From NCBI RefSeq assembly GCF_006345805.1, contig NC_043009.1, forward strand, positions 61,256,001 through 61,320,000: DNA of 64,000 bases, written 5' to 3'. A program made the position numbers and the translations under genes. The notes under the pieces were generated by a model. That model was not told where the DNA came from. It saw only the letters and a list, made by a program, of their open reading frames with translations, and searched no databases. Position 1 is the stretch's first letter. Every line of letters begins with the position of its first letter. The DNA is from Octopus sinensis (Eukaryota). Below are positions 51,412-64,000 of the stretch, piece after piece.

Positions 51412-52473
51412 ACCCCTTGGGTTACAATGATTTCCTTTATTTTGGTCTCTAATATAATCAAATGACCAACTGACCAGTGGCTTCCCTATTGTCCTTAATC
51501 CTACACAGTTGTCAGCCCTTCCCTATAGAATTCTGAATCACCAGGAATTTTTTGTTCTGAAATGATCTTAACTCCATTATAAGTTAATTAAATGTTTAAT
51601 TGCCTAATATATGGATTATAAAATATAAATATAGATATTTCTTACGGAGCATCAGTGCACTGTTAGAGATTTTTAAGCACCAGATAGTAACATTTATAAC
51701 TATTTTTTTTAAAAATTCAATAACAATAAAATGAAATGAAACATAAAAATAAATAAAATAAATTATATAAAATAAATAAAATAAAATAACTTCGAAACAA
51801 AACAAACAAAAAAAAATCACTGCTTTCTTTTGTAAATAAATTGGTTGTTTTCCAGCTCAGCAACAAAATACGTAATTTCTCTCCAAATCTTGTATTTGAT
51901 AGTATTTTTGGCAGTATTAATATACGGAAAATTGTAACACACAGAAAATAGAAAATCAAATCTACATGCTGGAAAAATCTAAGGGAAATGCAAAAATTGC
52001 ATATTTAAAAACAGAAATAGTTTTTTTTTTGCATCTATTTTTTTTATTTTTATTTCATGCATGTATGGTTAAGATGGTTCTTTTGTTGGCACAATTGTTT
52101 TCGCGGTTGATTGCCCTTCCTGTCACTGAATACTGCTCAACTGTGAATTAAGGAGTGTAACCTGTTTTTCCTCACTCAGGCAAAATAGAGATAACAAGTT
52201 GATGTTTTAATTTACATTTCTTTTTATATTTATTTTTAGGTCAGATCAACTCTTTTCTTTGTTTGTTTTCTTTTTTTTCTTTTGTTTTTGTTTTTTTTTT
52301 CAAATATCACTCCCACCACTACCACCAGCATCACTACCAACATGGTAGTTGCCACCATCATCACCACTGCCAACAACAACAATAACAACTACAACATTAT
52401 CATCATAATAATCATGACCCTCCTCCTCCTCCTCATCATCATCATCATCATTATCATCATCATCAACAACATC

Positions 52474-52505
<32 letters not shown>

Positions 52506-54529
52506 CATCATCTCCCTCTTCACTATTTCAATAGCGGCTTTTGTTCGTATTAGCCTAGATTGGACAGGTTTTCAACATTTCATATTTCCATATCAATAAT
52601 CTACCATTTCGTTTGTTTAGCATTCAGTATTCCAAGAGATCTCACCTCAAACACACAGTACCCTTTCACCCAGCACTCGTTAACCATTTTTATCTCAAAA
52701 TCATAATTTTTGGAAAGATATTCACCATTGTCCATGCCTCCATCCAAGTTCCCCACATTCACTTCTATCCTCATCTCTATTGTTTGTCCCTCTCTTTTCA
52801 CATTCTCACAAACCTTCCAACCCACCAAGCCCCTATTCTCACTCTATCCACCTTCCAGTACCCTGAGAATACACACTGAAACCTCATTTGCACCATCCTT
52901 TCCTTGCTGAGGGATTCACGTATCTCCTCTACAGAGAGACAAATGTTCCTGTCCCCTTATCATCTCTTCGCCTCTTAACACCTGGCACATTGCCGCTCCC
53001 AATTTTGCTGCCACACTCCATCAAGGGGTTTTGTCTTGCAAGTTACATGGCAACCTCATTGGTGTTGGTGCCACAGAAAAAAAGCACCCAGTACGTTCTG
53101 TTAAGTGGTTGGCATTAGGAAGGGCATCTAAGCAAAACAGACCTTGGGGCCCAACACAGTCCTTAAACTAGTTGGTTCCTGTTGAATCATCCAATCCATG
53201 CCAGCATGGAATACAGACTTTAAATACTGCTGCCGCTGTGCCTGCCACTGTGCCTGCTGCTGCTGCTGCAGCTGCTACTGATGGTGATGATGATGATGAT
53301 GATGAGGAGGAGGAGGATCTGGTGCCAAGAGTGCCTTTAGCAAAGCCCACTTTGTTGTAAGCATTCAAGCCAGGTCTTCAGATTGGGGATAACTTCTTCC
53401 CTCCCTCCCTCCCTCCCTCTTTCCTGCTTACCAATCTTGGAAAAGGTCATTGAAAAGGTCATGGGGGCACCACCTTTTCTCAGGACTAAAAAGATTAAAA
53501 ACCATACATTCCACATTCTCTCCACCCCCTCCCCCCATTCCACAGAACCCCTACTTTCAATATCTATGTCCCATTACCATGTAGCTTCACACTTCTCAAA
53601 CATATTTCCAGACAGTTTCACTCTTCACATGAACAAAGAAAACCCCTTAATTACCAACAAATGTAGAAGCTTTCAGGACTTTCCCAATCTGTCTTTTCTG
53701 TGGTTGCAAATTCTGGCAGAGAGACACCAGCTTTTGAGGGGAAGGGAAAGTTGATTACATCAGCCCCAGTATTTAACTGGTACTTACTTTATCAACTCTG
53801 AAAGGATGAAAGGCAAAGTGAATGTCAATGGATGTTCAGCGCAGGACAAAAAGATGGACAAAATGATGTTATGAATTTTACCCAGCATGCTAATGGCGCT
53901 TGGCAGCTTGCCACCTTACTCTGACCAAATTAATAAGATTACATTTCTACTGCCAGCACTCTCAGACCCTTTGACCCTGGATAAATTTCTGTCGCATAAT
54001 ATAATTTTTACCAACACACACACATATACACACACATACACACACATCATGCATGCACATGCACATACAAACACACATGCACACACACACACACACACAT
54101 GCACAGATGATGTGTTGGGGTCAGCTGTAGTCTAGTGAATCGAATATACTAAATATTTTCTGCTGACCAGCAGTGGGATAAAATGCAGTGTCAAAGCCGA
54201 CTGGCAGGATGTCAATTTGGTCATTAATCAAAGAGATTAATTACTGTGACACCCTCACAGACCTGATAAAACAGAATGACCATAAATTCTGGATGAATGA
54301 ATGCTCAAATTGACCGAAATATGGAATTACTGCACTGGTGTGTGTGAATTTCACAAAGGACATTGAACTTTGCACCACAAATGATGAAAACTATGTTGAA
54401 AATGGTTTTCATTTCTGTAGTTAACTCTCGAGCGACACTCAGGCCTATTGATTGGTCCAAGTGATTCAAGCTGAAAGGACTTTGAGGGGAATCCATCGGT
54501 CCAATGAAACAAACGTTTTGAAAGATAAT

Positions 54530-54760
54530 TATTTCTTTACTGCCCACAAGGGGCTACACACAGAGGAGACAAACAAGGACAGACAAACGGATTAAGTCGA
54601 TTAGATCGACCCCAGTGCGTAACTGGTACTTAATTTATCGACCCTGAAAGGATGAAAGGCAAAGTCGACCTCGGCGGAATTTGAACTCAGAACGTAACGC
54701 AGGCGAAATACCGCTAAGCTTTTCGTCCAGCGTGCTAACGTTTCTGCCAGCTCGCCGCCT
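54530..54760 (-). mobile_element. Young full-length Nin-domain tRNA SINE
   Basis: CpG-rich, near-identical to 39531-39764; reverse 5' end GGCGGCGAGCTGGCAGAAACG. Confidence 0.9.
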
Positions 54761-55168
54761 TAAACTTTTTGAAGTGTAATAGCCTAACAGAGATTGTCTT
54801 TCATCATCATCATCATCCAGTGTTTTAACTCTGTGTTTTGTCCCCGTTAACAGGCTGGAACTATCTCAATGCCATAGCAACCGAGGTAGGCAGGTGCAGC
54901 TCACCCCAACCTTTCGGCTGACTGGTGCCCTTTCTCCTTTGCTATCATGAGGCATTTTCGAGCTGGATGTTCTATAGGGAGCATGCCCTTGCTTACCCTC
55001 AACCCCAGTTTCTAGATATGAGTGGTTTGGAGACCAAGGCCTCTACCATGATTTTTAAGAAATGTGGTGGAAAACTAGTTCAGGAAGGCAGGGGCGCTAC
55101 TCCCTGGGACCCCTTCCAGGACCCCCACCACCATTCAGTCGCTAAAATATAAAACTATATAATATATA

Positions 55169-55459
55169 CAGTGGTGGACCAGCCAGATTGCCAGCTTACC
55201 CGATGGCAAGTGGGCCCCTGCGCCATTAGAATCCATATATGGAGGCCCATGTTAGTATCTAAGGGGCCCATCCCCTCAAGTTTGAGGATTTTTTATTCAC
55301 TCCTGGAAGAATGCATTAATTATTTCAGCATGGCTGTGTTTGAAGACAGTTGAAAAGAATAATTTTAACAAAAAATAAAATTAAATGATAGCTTTGTAGT
55401 TGAGGGTGGGCCCCCTTAGTCTCCTGACTACCAATATATTTACACCCAGTCCACCACTG
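55169..55459. mobile_element. hAT-like MITE (inverse of 10319-10658)
   Basis: CAGTGGTGGAC...GTCCACCACTG; TSD AATATATA / AGTATATA. Confidence 0.82.
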
Positions 55460-56679
55460 AGTATATATAGTTTTACATACTAATAAAGTAGTTTTAGGCA
55501 CTTAATCCTTTGTTTTCTACGTTCACCTTTCAATTTCAATCTCGACAGAAAAAAAAAAATTTGGTCCTTTTGGCTACACATACCAAAACACTCTATGTCT
55601 CAAAAGGGTTAAATAAAATTAGTAAAGACACATGGCTTAGTGGTTAAGGTAGCTGGATCACAATCATAAGGTAGTGAGTTCAATTTCCAGCTGTGTGTTG
55701 TGTCTTTCAACAAGAAACTTTATTTCACATTGCTCCAGTCCACTCAGCTGGCAAAACTGATTAGCACCTCTATTTCAAAGGGCCAACCATGTCACATTCT
55801 TATTTATTTATTGCCCACAAGGGGCTAAATATAGAGAGAACAAACAAGAACAAAGGGATTAAGTCGATTACATTGACCCCAGTGTGCAACTGGTACTCAA
55901 TTTATCAACCCCGAAAGGATGAAAGGCAAAGTCGACCTCAGCAGAATTTGAACCCAGAATGTAATGGCAGACGAAATACCGCTAAGCATTTCGCCTGGCA
56001 TGCTAACGTTTCTGCCAGCTTGCCACCAGGCTGGCTGTTCCATTGATCGTATCAGCTGGAACACTCATTATTCTAACCAACAAGATACCAGTTAAATAAG
56101 ATTATTGAAAATATCCATTTTTGCCTCTATCTCGACGCTTTTCTGTGACCTTGTAATATTATAATAAATTATTTTATGATAACAGTAACTCGTGAGCTTG
56201 CTAGTTCCTTCTAACGAGCTAGGAAATTAATTAGTTCATAGACCTCATTTTAAGGCCATCCACTACATCTCTTTCTCAAATCCATTTTTAATTGTTAAAA
56301 CAGTATTAACTTGTATAATGTAGAGAGCATTATAAAGCTAACTGGAAATATATTATATGTAGTAAAGAAAATCTATACTAGTGAATAACTAATGTTTTTT
56401 TAATTTCTCCTGTAAATATGGAAGATAGCTTCAGAAATATTTGGGTTTATTTTGGTCTCATTGACAAAGTATAGCTTCCACAGTTCTTCAATACTCCTGA
56501 AACAACAATGAAAGAAATATTTTACTGACAAGGTCAGAATAAGAAAGAAATATGTCTGCAGTTATCTCCCATACTTGCTAGAAAAATTGATGACAAAAGT
56601 CATTGACTAATATCATTTACTCTCATTACATATTTCATCTAATTTCTAAACAATTCCTTTGTTTATTGGTTTTGTCTCT

Positions 56680-57138
56680 CTGTGCCAGTGGCACATAAAA
56701 GGCACCATTCAAGTGTGATTGTTACCAGAGTCGCCTAACTAGCACTTGTGCCCCATGCTAGTAGGGTGCTAAGAGCACCATCTGAGCGTGATCGTTGCCA
56801 GAGCGGCTAACTGGCTTCGTGCCGGTGGCACGTAAAAAGCACCATTCAAGCGTGATCATTACCAGCATCGCCTTACTGGCACTTGTGCCAGTGGCACGTG
56901 TAAAAACATTTGAGCGAGGTCGTTGCCAGTACCGCCTGACTGGCCCCATGCCGGTGGCACGTAAAAGCACCCATTACACTCTCGGAGTGGTTGGCATTAG
57001 GAAGGGCATCCAGCTGTAGAAACTCTGCCAGATCAAGATTGGTGCCTGGTGTAGCCATCTGGTTCGCCAGCCTTCAGTCAATTCATCCAACCCATGCTAG
57101 CAGGGAAAGTAGACATTAAACGATGATGATGATGATGA
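56680..57138 (+). mobile_element. RTE 3'UTR fragment with an array of hairpin modules
   Basis: Repeated GTGCC(G/A)GTGGCAC(G)TAAAAAGCACC, then the standard RTE end and (GAT)n. Confidence 0.85.
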
Positions 57139-57464
57139 TATCTTGAATTTGTTTGTTGTCAACAACACAACTTCACTTCATATCATTAAATCCATTAACA
57201 GCTTACAGAATTAATTCTGAAATAACAAATTTGAATAGCTTTTGGTTGATCACAGACCATAAATCAAGCAAAGTGTTAAGACCTCATATCTATAGCTGTT
57301 GACTCTTCTTCATATGGCCACATATATCATTAACTCTTCCCCATCATCTGTAAAGTAATGAAGGCTATATTCTTTTATTCCTAACTAAGCAAGGGGAAAA
57401 GACCCCATGGAAGACTACCACTGAGATACAAAGGAACATGAAGTGGAAAGGAATTGATCGTAAT

Positions 57465-57955
57465 AGGTGCAAGCATGGCTGTGTGGTAAGAAGCTTACTT
57501 CCCAACCATATGGTTGTGGGTTCAATTCCACTTCATGTCACCTTGGGCAAGTGTCTTTTACTATAACCTTGGGCCGACCAAAGCCCTGTGAGTGGATTTG
57601 GTAAACAGAAACTGAAAGAAGCTCATCATATACATATATATATATATATATATGCCTTGTGAGTCGATTTGGTAGACAGAAACTGAAAGAAGCCCATCAT
57701 ATATATATATACATGTATGTATGTACTTGTGTCTCTGTGTTTGTCCCCCCCACCACCACCACCATTGCTCAACAACCGATGCTGGTGTGTTTATATCCCC
57801 ATAACTTAGCAGCTCGGCAAAAGAGACCAATAGAATAGGTACTAGGCTTACAAAGAATAAGTCATGGGATCAATGTCTTTGACTAAAGGTGGTGCTCCAA
57901 CATGGCCACAGTCAGATGACTGAAAGTAATAGAAAAGAAAAAGGAAAGAAAAGAT
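57465..57955 (+). mobile_element. Full CORE-type tRNA SINE
   Basis: A box TGGCTGTGTGG, B box GGTTCAATTCC, CACCTTGGGCAAGTGTC core, tail GGTGGTGCTCCAACATGGCCACAGTCAGATGACTGAAA then (GAAAA)n. Confidence 0.85.
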
Positions 57956-57958
57956 ATA

Positions 57959-57999
<41 letters not shown>

Positions 58000-58002
58000 T
58001 TA

Positions 58003-58425
58003 TATTAAAATTATAAATTAGGGTATCAACGAGATACCACCATGCTGAAAATAGCAGCCATGATCTGACTCTAAAACCACTATTTATATATATATGTATT
58101 TATCTTTCTTTTCTGTGTGTATTCTACTGATAAGGCAAAGCATTCCTAAATGCAAAGTCAGAAATCCGGTATCAAGAATTATCCAATAATTTTTACTAGT
58201 TTCATCTTGTCTCTTCGTTTACTCTCCGTGTTGATATATGGAAAATTACGGTGGTTTTAGAGTCAGTTCATGGCTGCTATTTTCAGCATGGTGGTATCTC
58301 GTAGATACCCTAATTTATAATTTTAATAATTATTACCTTTGAAGGTTATTTTTTCCATGCTGGCCACTTGATAAAATCATTATTTTATTTTAAATTAACA
58401 ATTTTATCCTTATTTATATAAATTT
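58003..58425 (+). mobile_element. Penelope-like fragment with a 78-bp inverted duplication and a degenerate hammerhead
   Basis: Arms 58003-58080 / 58251-58328. ATTCT-A-CTGATAA-GGC..GCATT/AATGC..GTC-A-GAAA-TCCGG-TA..AGAAT at 58121-58179. Confidence 0.5.
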
Positions 58426-58440
58426 ATATATATATATATA

Positions 58441-59711
58441 CGTGGGACGTTCAATAAGTAATGCTCCTGACCCACTTGCAGTTGTTTGATCTAGCTGAAA
58501 TTTTGCATGTGCAATTATTTATATCTTTATAGATTAAGTGGCAAATTACAGCTCTGAATTAATTGTGGTTTCTGATTTTCAGGTGTTTGAACTGAGTCAA
58601 GTGTGAAATGGAGCCTGTTGAGTGTCAAGCAGTGATCCGGTTTTTGCATTTGAAAGGACGCACACACCACGGGAGACTTTTGATGAAATGAAAGTAACTT
58701 ATGGTGATGATGCCCCATCATATGACCTTATAAAACGCTGGCATCATGAATTCAAACTTGGTCGAAACTCTGTGGAAACAGCTCCCAGATCTGGTCACCC
58801 CCCTTCTGCCATTGATGAGCCATCTGTCCATCAAATTGAGGCTGCCATTTTGGAAGATCGACACATAATTATTCGCCAAATAGCCCATGAGGTCAAGATT
58901 AGTACCGGGTCTGTGAAAACTATCATTCATGACCATTTGCATATGCAAAAGATGTCTGCAAGATGGATTCCCAGGTTGCTCACACCTTTCCAGAAGCAAC
59001 AATGTGTTGAGTGCTTGAGGATGAATTTGGAGATGTGCCAAGAAGATGAGTCAAAATTTTTCAAAAGACTGATTACACAGGATAAAACCTGGGTCCATCA
59101 CTATGATCCAGAGACCAAAGCCCAGTCAATGCAGTAGAAGCACCATGATTCACCTCCTCCAAAGAAGAGTGCAGCCCTCCGCTGGCAAGGTCATGCTCAC
59201 AGTCTTCTGGGACCAGGACGGAGTTGGGATGACAGATTTCCTGGCAAAGGGTACCACAATTACAGGAGCCGGAAATTAAGAGAAGCTATCAAAATCAAGA
59301 GGCGGGGTAAGATCAGCAAAGGCATCCTCCTCCTGCAGGACAACGCTCCAGTCCACAACTCGCGTGTTGCCATATCAGAAGCACAGGCATGCGGCTATGA
59401 ACTCCTCCCCCATCCCCCCTACTCTCCTGACCTTGCACCCTCTGATTTTCACCTCTTCCCAGCCATGAAGTTGTTTTTGAAAGGAAAGTGTTTCCCAGAT
59501 GATGCAGCCTTGATTTCTGAAGTCACGTCGTGGTTGAAGGACCAAGCTGGGGTCTTCTACAAAAACGGTCTCCAGAGCTGCATCAAATGATGGGAGAAAT
59601 GCGTAACTCTGGGTGGTTCCTATATAAAAAAAGGCTAATAACTGTGCCAAGTTTTGTTGTTCTACTGCTATGGGAAGTGGGTCAGGGGCATTACTTATTG
59701 AATGTCCCTCG
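58441..59711 (+). mobile_element. Full-length mariner transposon 3 (irritans/Hsmar2-like)
   Basis: TA-flanked TIRs CGTGGGACGTTCAATAAGTAATGCTCCTGACCCA / TGGGTCAGGGGCATTACTTATTGAATGTCCCTCG. Confidence 0.93.
58608..59638 (+). pseudogene. Mariner DD34D transposase, disrupted
   Basis: MEPVECQAVIRFL, WIPRLL, ITQDKTWVHHYDPE, QDNAPVH, HPPYSPDLAPSDFHLFP; stop at 59135 and frameshifts. Confidence 0.92.
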
Positions 59712-59879
59712 TATATATATATTTATATATATATATCAGTGTGTGTGTCTTTGTGTTTGTGTTTATCCCCATACCACTACTTGACAATCGGTGTTGGTGT
59801 GTTTACATCCCTGTGACTTAGCAGATTGGTAAAAGAGACCAATAGAATAAGTACTGAGCTTAAAAAATAAGTACTGGGG

Positions 59880-60250
59880 TTGAATCCATCTAACAGTTCT
59901 TGAAATGTCTTGTCAATGGACTAACAAACAAATACAACTGAAAACAATACCTCCGCCTTCGCTAAGGTGGAGGTAACAATATATTAATTAAAACAAGAGC
60001 ACTCAGAGAGCACAAACCTCCACCAAGGCAACACCAACGTCCTCTCAATGATTAGCCAGAGATGATTTTTAGAATGAGAATATCTGAAATAAACTCAACT
60101 GCTCTCACAAACAAGAATACTAAAAAGGAACCCAACCACTCTCAAAAATTAAGTAAAAAACAAAAAACAGGAAAAATAATCCAGAATCTTGTCCGATGCC
60201 AGATAGATCCCAAAATCTAATCAGTTCGTGCCAGTCATGAAGCCAAAAAT
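59880..60250 (+). mobile_element. HINE/Helentron-like element (paralog of 13020-13502)
   Basis: Same hairpin ACCTCCGCCTTCGCTAAGGTGGAGGT and the same junction AATATATTAATTAAAACAAGAGC. Confidence 0.65.
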
Positions 60251-60752
60251 TCGGATGGTGCATTTTACATGCCACTGGAACAGGAGCCAGTCAGGTGGAA
60301 CTGGCCATAGCTATAATTTTGGTTTTATTTGATGCAACAGTTCTTCTCAAGCATATCATATCACCTAATGCATCAAGGGTACTCTTAAATGGGCCAGACA
60401 TGCAACACTGGCATCTTATTGTGTTTCTCAAACAGTGAGGATATCAGATATGCTACACTTTTACTGAGGGGCCTTGGTTTTACAGGGGTGGCCCAAAAGT
60501 AGGCTTACAGTTATTCAACTATCTCTTTCACATTCATATATCAACTGTTTGGATCTTAATTATAAGAAAATACGAAACCATTATTCTATGCTAATTTAGT
60601 TAATTGTAAGAACTTGATGAGCTTTGTTCACTGATATTGGAAGCCAGATCTGTTCTTTATGTTTACATTTAATCCAAATTGGTTTGGAATTGCTGCAGAA
60701 CTTGAGGTGCATAGAACCAGTCACACTTGATATCAGAGTATTCAGTTTGAAG

Positions 60753-61137
60753 TGGAGGCGCAATGGCCCAGTGGTTTGGGCAGCGGACTCGCGGTCGTAG
60801 GATCGCGGTTTCGATTCCCAGATCGGGCGTTGTGAGTGTTTATTGAGCGAAAACACCTAAAGCTCTACGAGGCTCCAGCAGGGGTGGTGGTGATCCCTGC
60901 TGTACTCTTTCACCACAACTTTCTCTCACTCTTACTTCCTGTTTCTGTTGTACCTGTATTTCAAAGGGCCAGCCTTGTCCCTCTCTGTGTCATGCTGAAT
61001 ATCCCCGAGAACTACGTTAAGGGTACACGTGTCTGTGGAGTGCTCAGCCACTTACACGTTAATTTCACGAGCAGGCTGTTCCGTTGATCGGATCAACCGG
61101 AACCCTCATCGTCGTAACCAACGGAGTGCTTCCATCC
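60753..61137 (+). mobile_element. Young full-length tRNA-derived SINE
   Basis: A box TGGCCCAGTGG, B box GTTTCGATTCC, CpG-rich; TSD ATTCAGTTTGA at 60740-60750 and 61138-61148. Confidence 0.92.
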
Positions 61138-62774
61138 ATTCAGTTTGATGCTGGGAGAGCTGCTAAAAGACATTATGAAGAATGTACTTGGAAAAGTACA
61201 TTGAATTCCAGGTGAGAGGTCTTCCACATGCACACACAGATGCTGATAATCTTGGAATAAGATAAATCTCAAATAGCAAATGTTTCAATGTGTTTGTTTC
61301 TGCACAGTTTCCACAGAATGATCAAGAATTGCTGGAAACCATTTCAGGATGTAATTTGCATGGTCTTTGCAGCAATCCCTATCTCAAAGAAGATTCCTAA
61401 CACTTGTTGAGTATGTGTAAGCATGAACAGATCAATCAGTTCTCATTGTTGTATTTACATGATTAGATGTGTTTAAGAAAAAAAAAAGTGGTTCCACAGC
61501 TCATTTAAGTCTTCATATTAGATTTCTATAGACAAAAATTCTGTTTACAGTATATCAACAGCTAACTGACAAAAATAATCCAAGACTAAGGTTTCCTTTA
61601 TTAGGATGAAGCCCCACATATGTTAAGATATATGTATGAAGCTGTTGATATCAAAATTCAAGGTCTTATGCAAAATGGTTTAACTTTTAGAGGCAAGATT
61701 ATGGTATTTTTATGATTTTTGGTGAACGCCTTCTATATTAAAAGAAAGTTAGGATGGCTACTACAATGAGCATAATTATGATGCATTCTTTATTTCAGAA
61801 AAGAACAATAGTGCTACAGCTTACCATGAATATGCAATTACACAATCAAAAGCACTGTGGAAAAGCTTTTTTTTCTGTCTTGTATCAGTGAAAAGGGAGA
61901 AACAACTAAACTCTGACTGAAAGATTGTGCTATCGAATATGTTGGGGTTGTATTGAACTTTTAATAATGAAATAAACAGAAAGTGGATGAAAGAAGTCAT
62001 AGTTTTAATTTATCATGATGTATTTATTGTTAAAAATATCGTATTGGACATGATGGTCCAATAGAGAACTATAGGGAAAAATAAGGAAAGTTCTTTCCAT
62101 AAAATGGTGTAGTTTTGTGGTTACACTTGATAAAAGGTTGCAGTTAATTTCATCTGAGATAAATTGTGAGAATGTGAACATGGGAGGGGGAGGAGAAAGA
62201 AACAGACAGAGTGTCGTCTGCTTTAGTTTTTAGCTTTAAGTTAGTAACAACATGGATAATTTGTGCCACTGAATCTCATTATTGATAAGTCTTGTTGCTG
62301 GAACAACTGATACCCAAATAGCAGCTAACATAATGCTTGTTTGTGTTCATTTCTCTTCTCTTCCCGTTGCCTTGATGGAAAAGTTTATATAGGTTTGACA
62401 GATTCATAGTCAAGAACCTTGATTGGTCAGTTTGATGCTGACACCATCAATTCAATGTGCATTTGAAAAGTCATTGTGGTTAACCTTTTGTTCACTTCAT
62501 CAGTCAATTTTATGAGCATTTAGAAAACCTTAGTGGTCAGCTTTTGCCGATGTCATCAGCCAGTTTTATATTCCATTATTTTTGTCAAAAATGTCCAGAT
62601 TGGAAACAATAAGTCCTGATTCCAATTTTAGAGAGAGATCTGCCGCAAATTAAAGAGAAATAGTAAAGCAAGCTTTTACCTGCCAAATTGGATCCTGCAA
62701 ACTCCACAGAACAATCAGTACTACTTCCTACCTCATGAGGATTTGGTTGACTACCATTTTTCACAGTTTTATTA

Positions 62775-62835
62775 AACCAATCAAAGGTCAGAAGAACAGT
62801 ACATATCAGCCGGGAACTGGCCATATAAAGCAGAA
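62775..62835 (+). promoter_or_regulatory. Candidate Pol II core promoter (CCAAT + TATA)
   Basis: CCAAT at 62777-62781, TATAAAG at 62824-62830, followed by a long (CT)n tract, in unique sequence. Confidence 0.3.
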
Positions 62836-62849
62836 TACCCCCTCCCTCT

Positions 62850-62938
<89 letters not shown>

Positions 62939-63424
62939 CAGTGGAATACAGCTGGAGCAATCAGTTTGTTTCTCTCTCTTCCAACAGAACTCAACCAGAA
63001 AACAAATGGACTCATTACTCTCAGTGCAAGACACATTTTAGCTAAAATAATATCTCATTTTTCTATATCTCTGTTTTTCCAGGTCACACACATTGATTTC
63101 ATTTGTTTTTGCTTCAGCAACATTTTCTTCTAACATTACACACACACAACAACACAAAAAGAACATCATTTCAAGAATGTAGGTATAATACTTCTTTCAC
63201 AACACATTTATTTCGAACTTCGTATTTTATTGATTAATAATTGTTGCATTTTTTTCCCCTCTAAATGAATTACTGTCTTATTCAAACCTGCACTTTTATG
63301 AACTTTTAAACGTAAATGCATACAGCTTAACTATATTGAATTATCATACCACTTAGGCTGGTGAAGGTCTACTTCCTGGTGGCACAAAAAAAATAAGAAC
63401 TTACATACATCCAAATACACAAAC

Positions 63425-63455
<31 letters not shown>

Positions 63456-64000
63456 GGTGAGTATAATTATACATACATACATATATTTAATATCATATAA
63501 TTATACATACATACATATATATTTAATATCATGTATGTGTAGTCATACATGCATACATAATATATTTAATAATGCATAACGTGTATTTCAAAGCGCCTAT
63601 GCTGTTATTGGCTATCATATGCCATCGTACAGCAGGATACTCCTTTTACTGGATATACATGAGGAAATCCATTAGTGTACACAAAATTTGTATCAAAATT
63701 CATAAAACGAGATGGAATGAACATGTTTTAATTACAAAAGTGGGGGGAGCAGTAATGCAGTGGGCAGGGCAGTGAGGGCAGGAAAGGGCATTAGAGTTTA
63801 TTAAGATGAAATGTATATATATATGACATGAATTCAAGCCAAGTAATAATATTCTGAATGCATTTAATACGTATGTTTCAGATAATTGCACAGTAGCTAA
63901 AAAGTGAATTTCATCTGTTATGCAAGATCTTCTTCAGTCAAGACTTATCAAAACATGAATAACACTGTCATACAAGTGATGGTTTTCATTTTCAGTCTTC

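Noticed and set aside
56680-56975. CRISPR array
   Set aside because: Linkers are homologous to each other and the array is part of an RTE 3'UTR.
60481-60515. Tc1/mariner-like end TACAGGGGTGGCCCAAAAGTAGG
   Set aside because: No matching second TIR or transposase motif could be identified.
60755-60830. Functional tRNA gene (also 625-697 and 39025-39095)
   Set aside because: A and B boxes are present, but there is no proper acceptor stem and the sequence continues into a SINE body.

Overview
A 64 kb AT-rich, microsatellite-dense, eukaryotic intergenic or intronic window. The repeat families suggest a coleoid cephalopod, probably Octopus; this is inferred from the repeats, not from a search. 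No intact host protein-coding gene is supported, and most ORFs in the track are translations of microsatellites. The window contains: three full-length but mutated mariner transposons from different lineages; one fairly young 5'-truncated RTE-clade LINE whose RT carries a PHD-like zinc finger, plus older RTE copies and many 3'UTR fragments; a CR1/L2-like LINE 3' end; a decayed ~3.8 kb Helitron RepHel gene; a non-autonomous Helitron and Helentron-type elements; TTAA- and hAT-type MITEs; a solo LTR with a 4-bp TSD; and dozens of tRNA-derived SINEs from at least four families. The most striking signal is a set of minimal type-I hammerhead ribozyme motifs, at least six complete or near-complete plus several partial. 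They sit in short (TA)n-flanked Penelope-like modules and inside a tRNA-derived SINE. Stem I shows compensatory changes between families, stem III is palindromic (dimer type), and two families appear to have non-canonical ancestral cores (CCGACGA, CCGTAGA). A CpG-rich, transposon-free stretch at ~44.4-47.2 kb and a CCAAT/TATA cassette at ~62.8 kb are candidate host regulatory regions.
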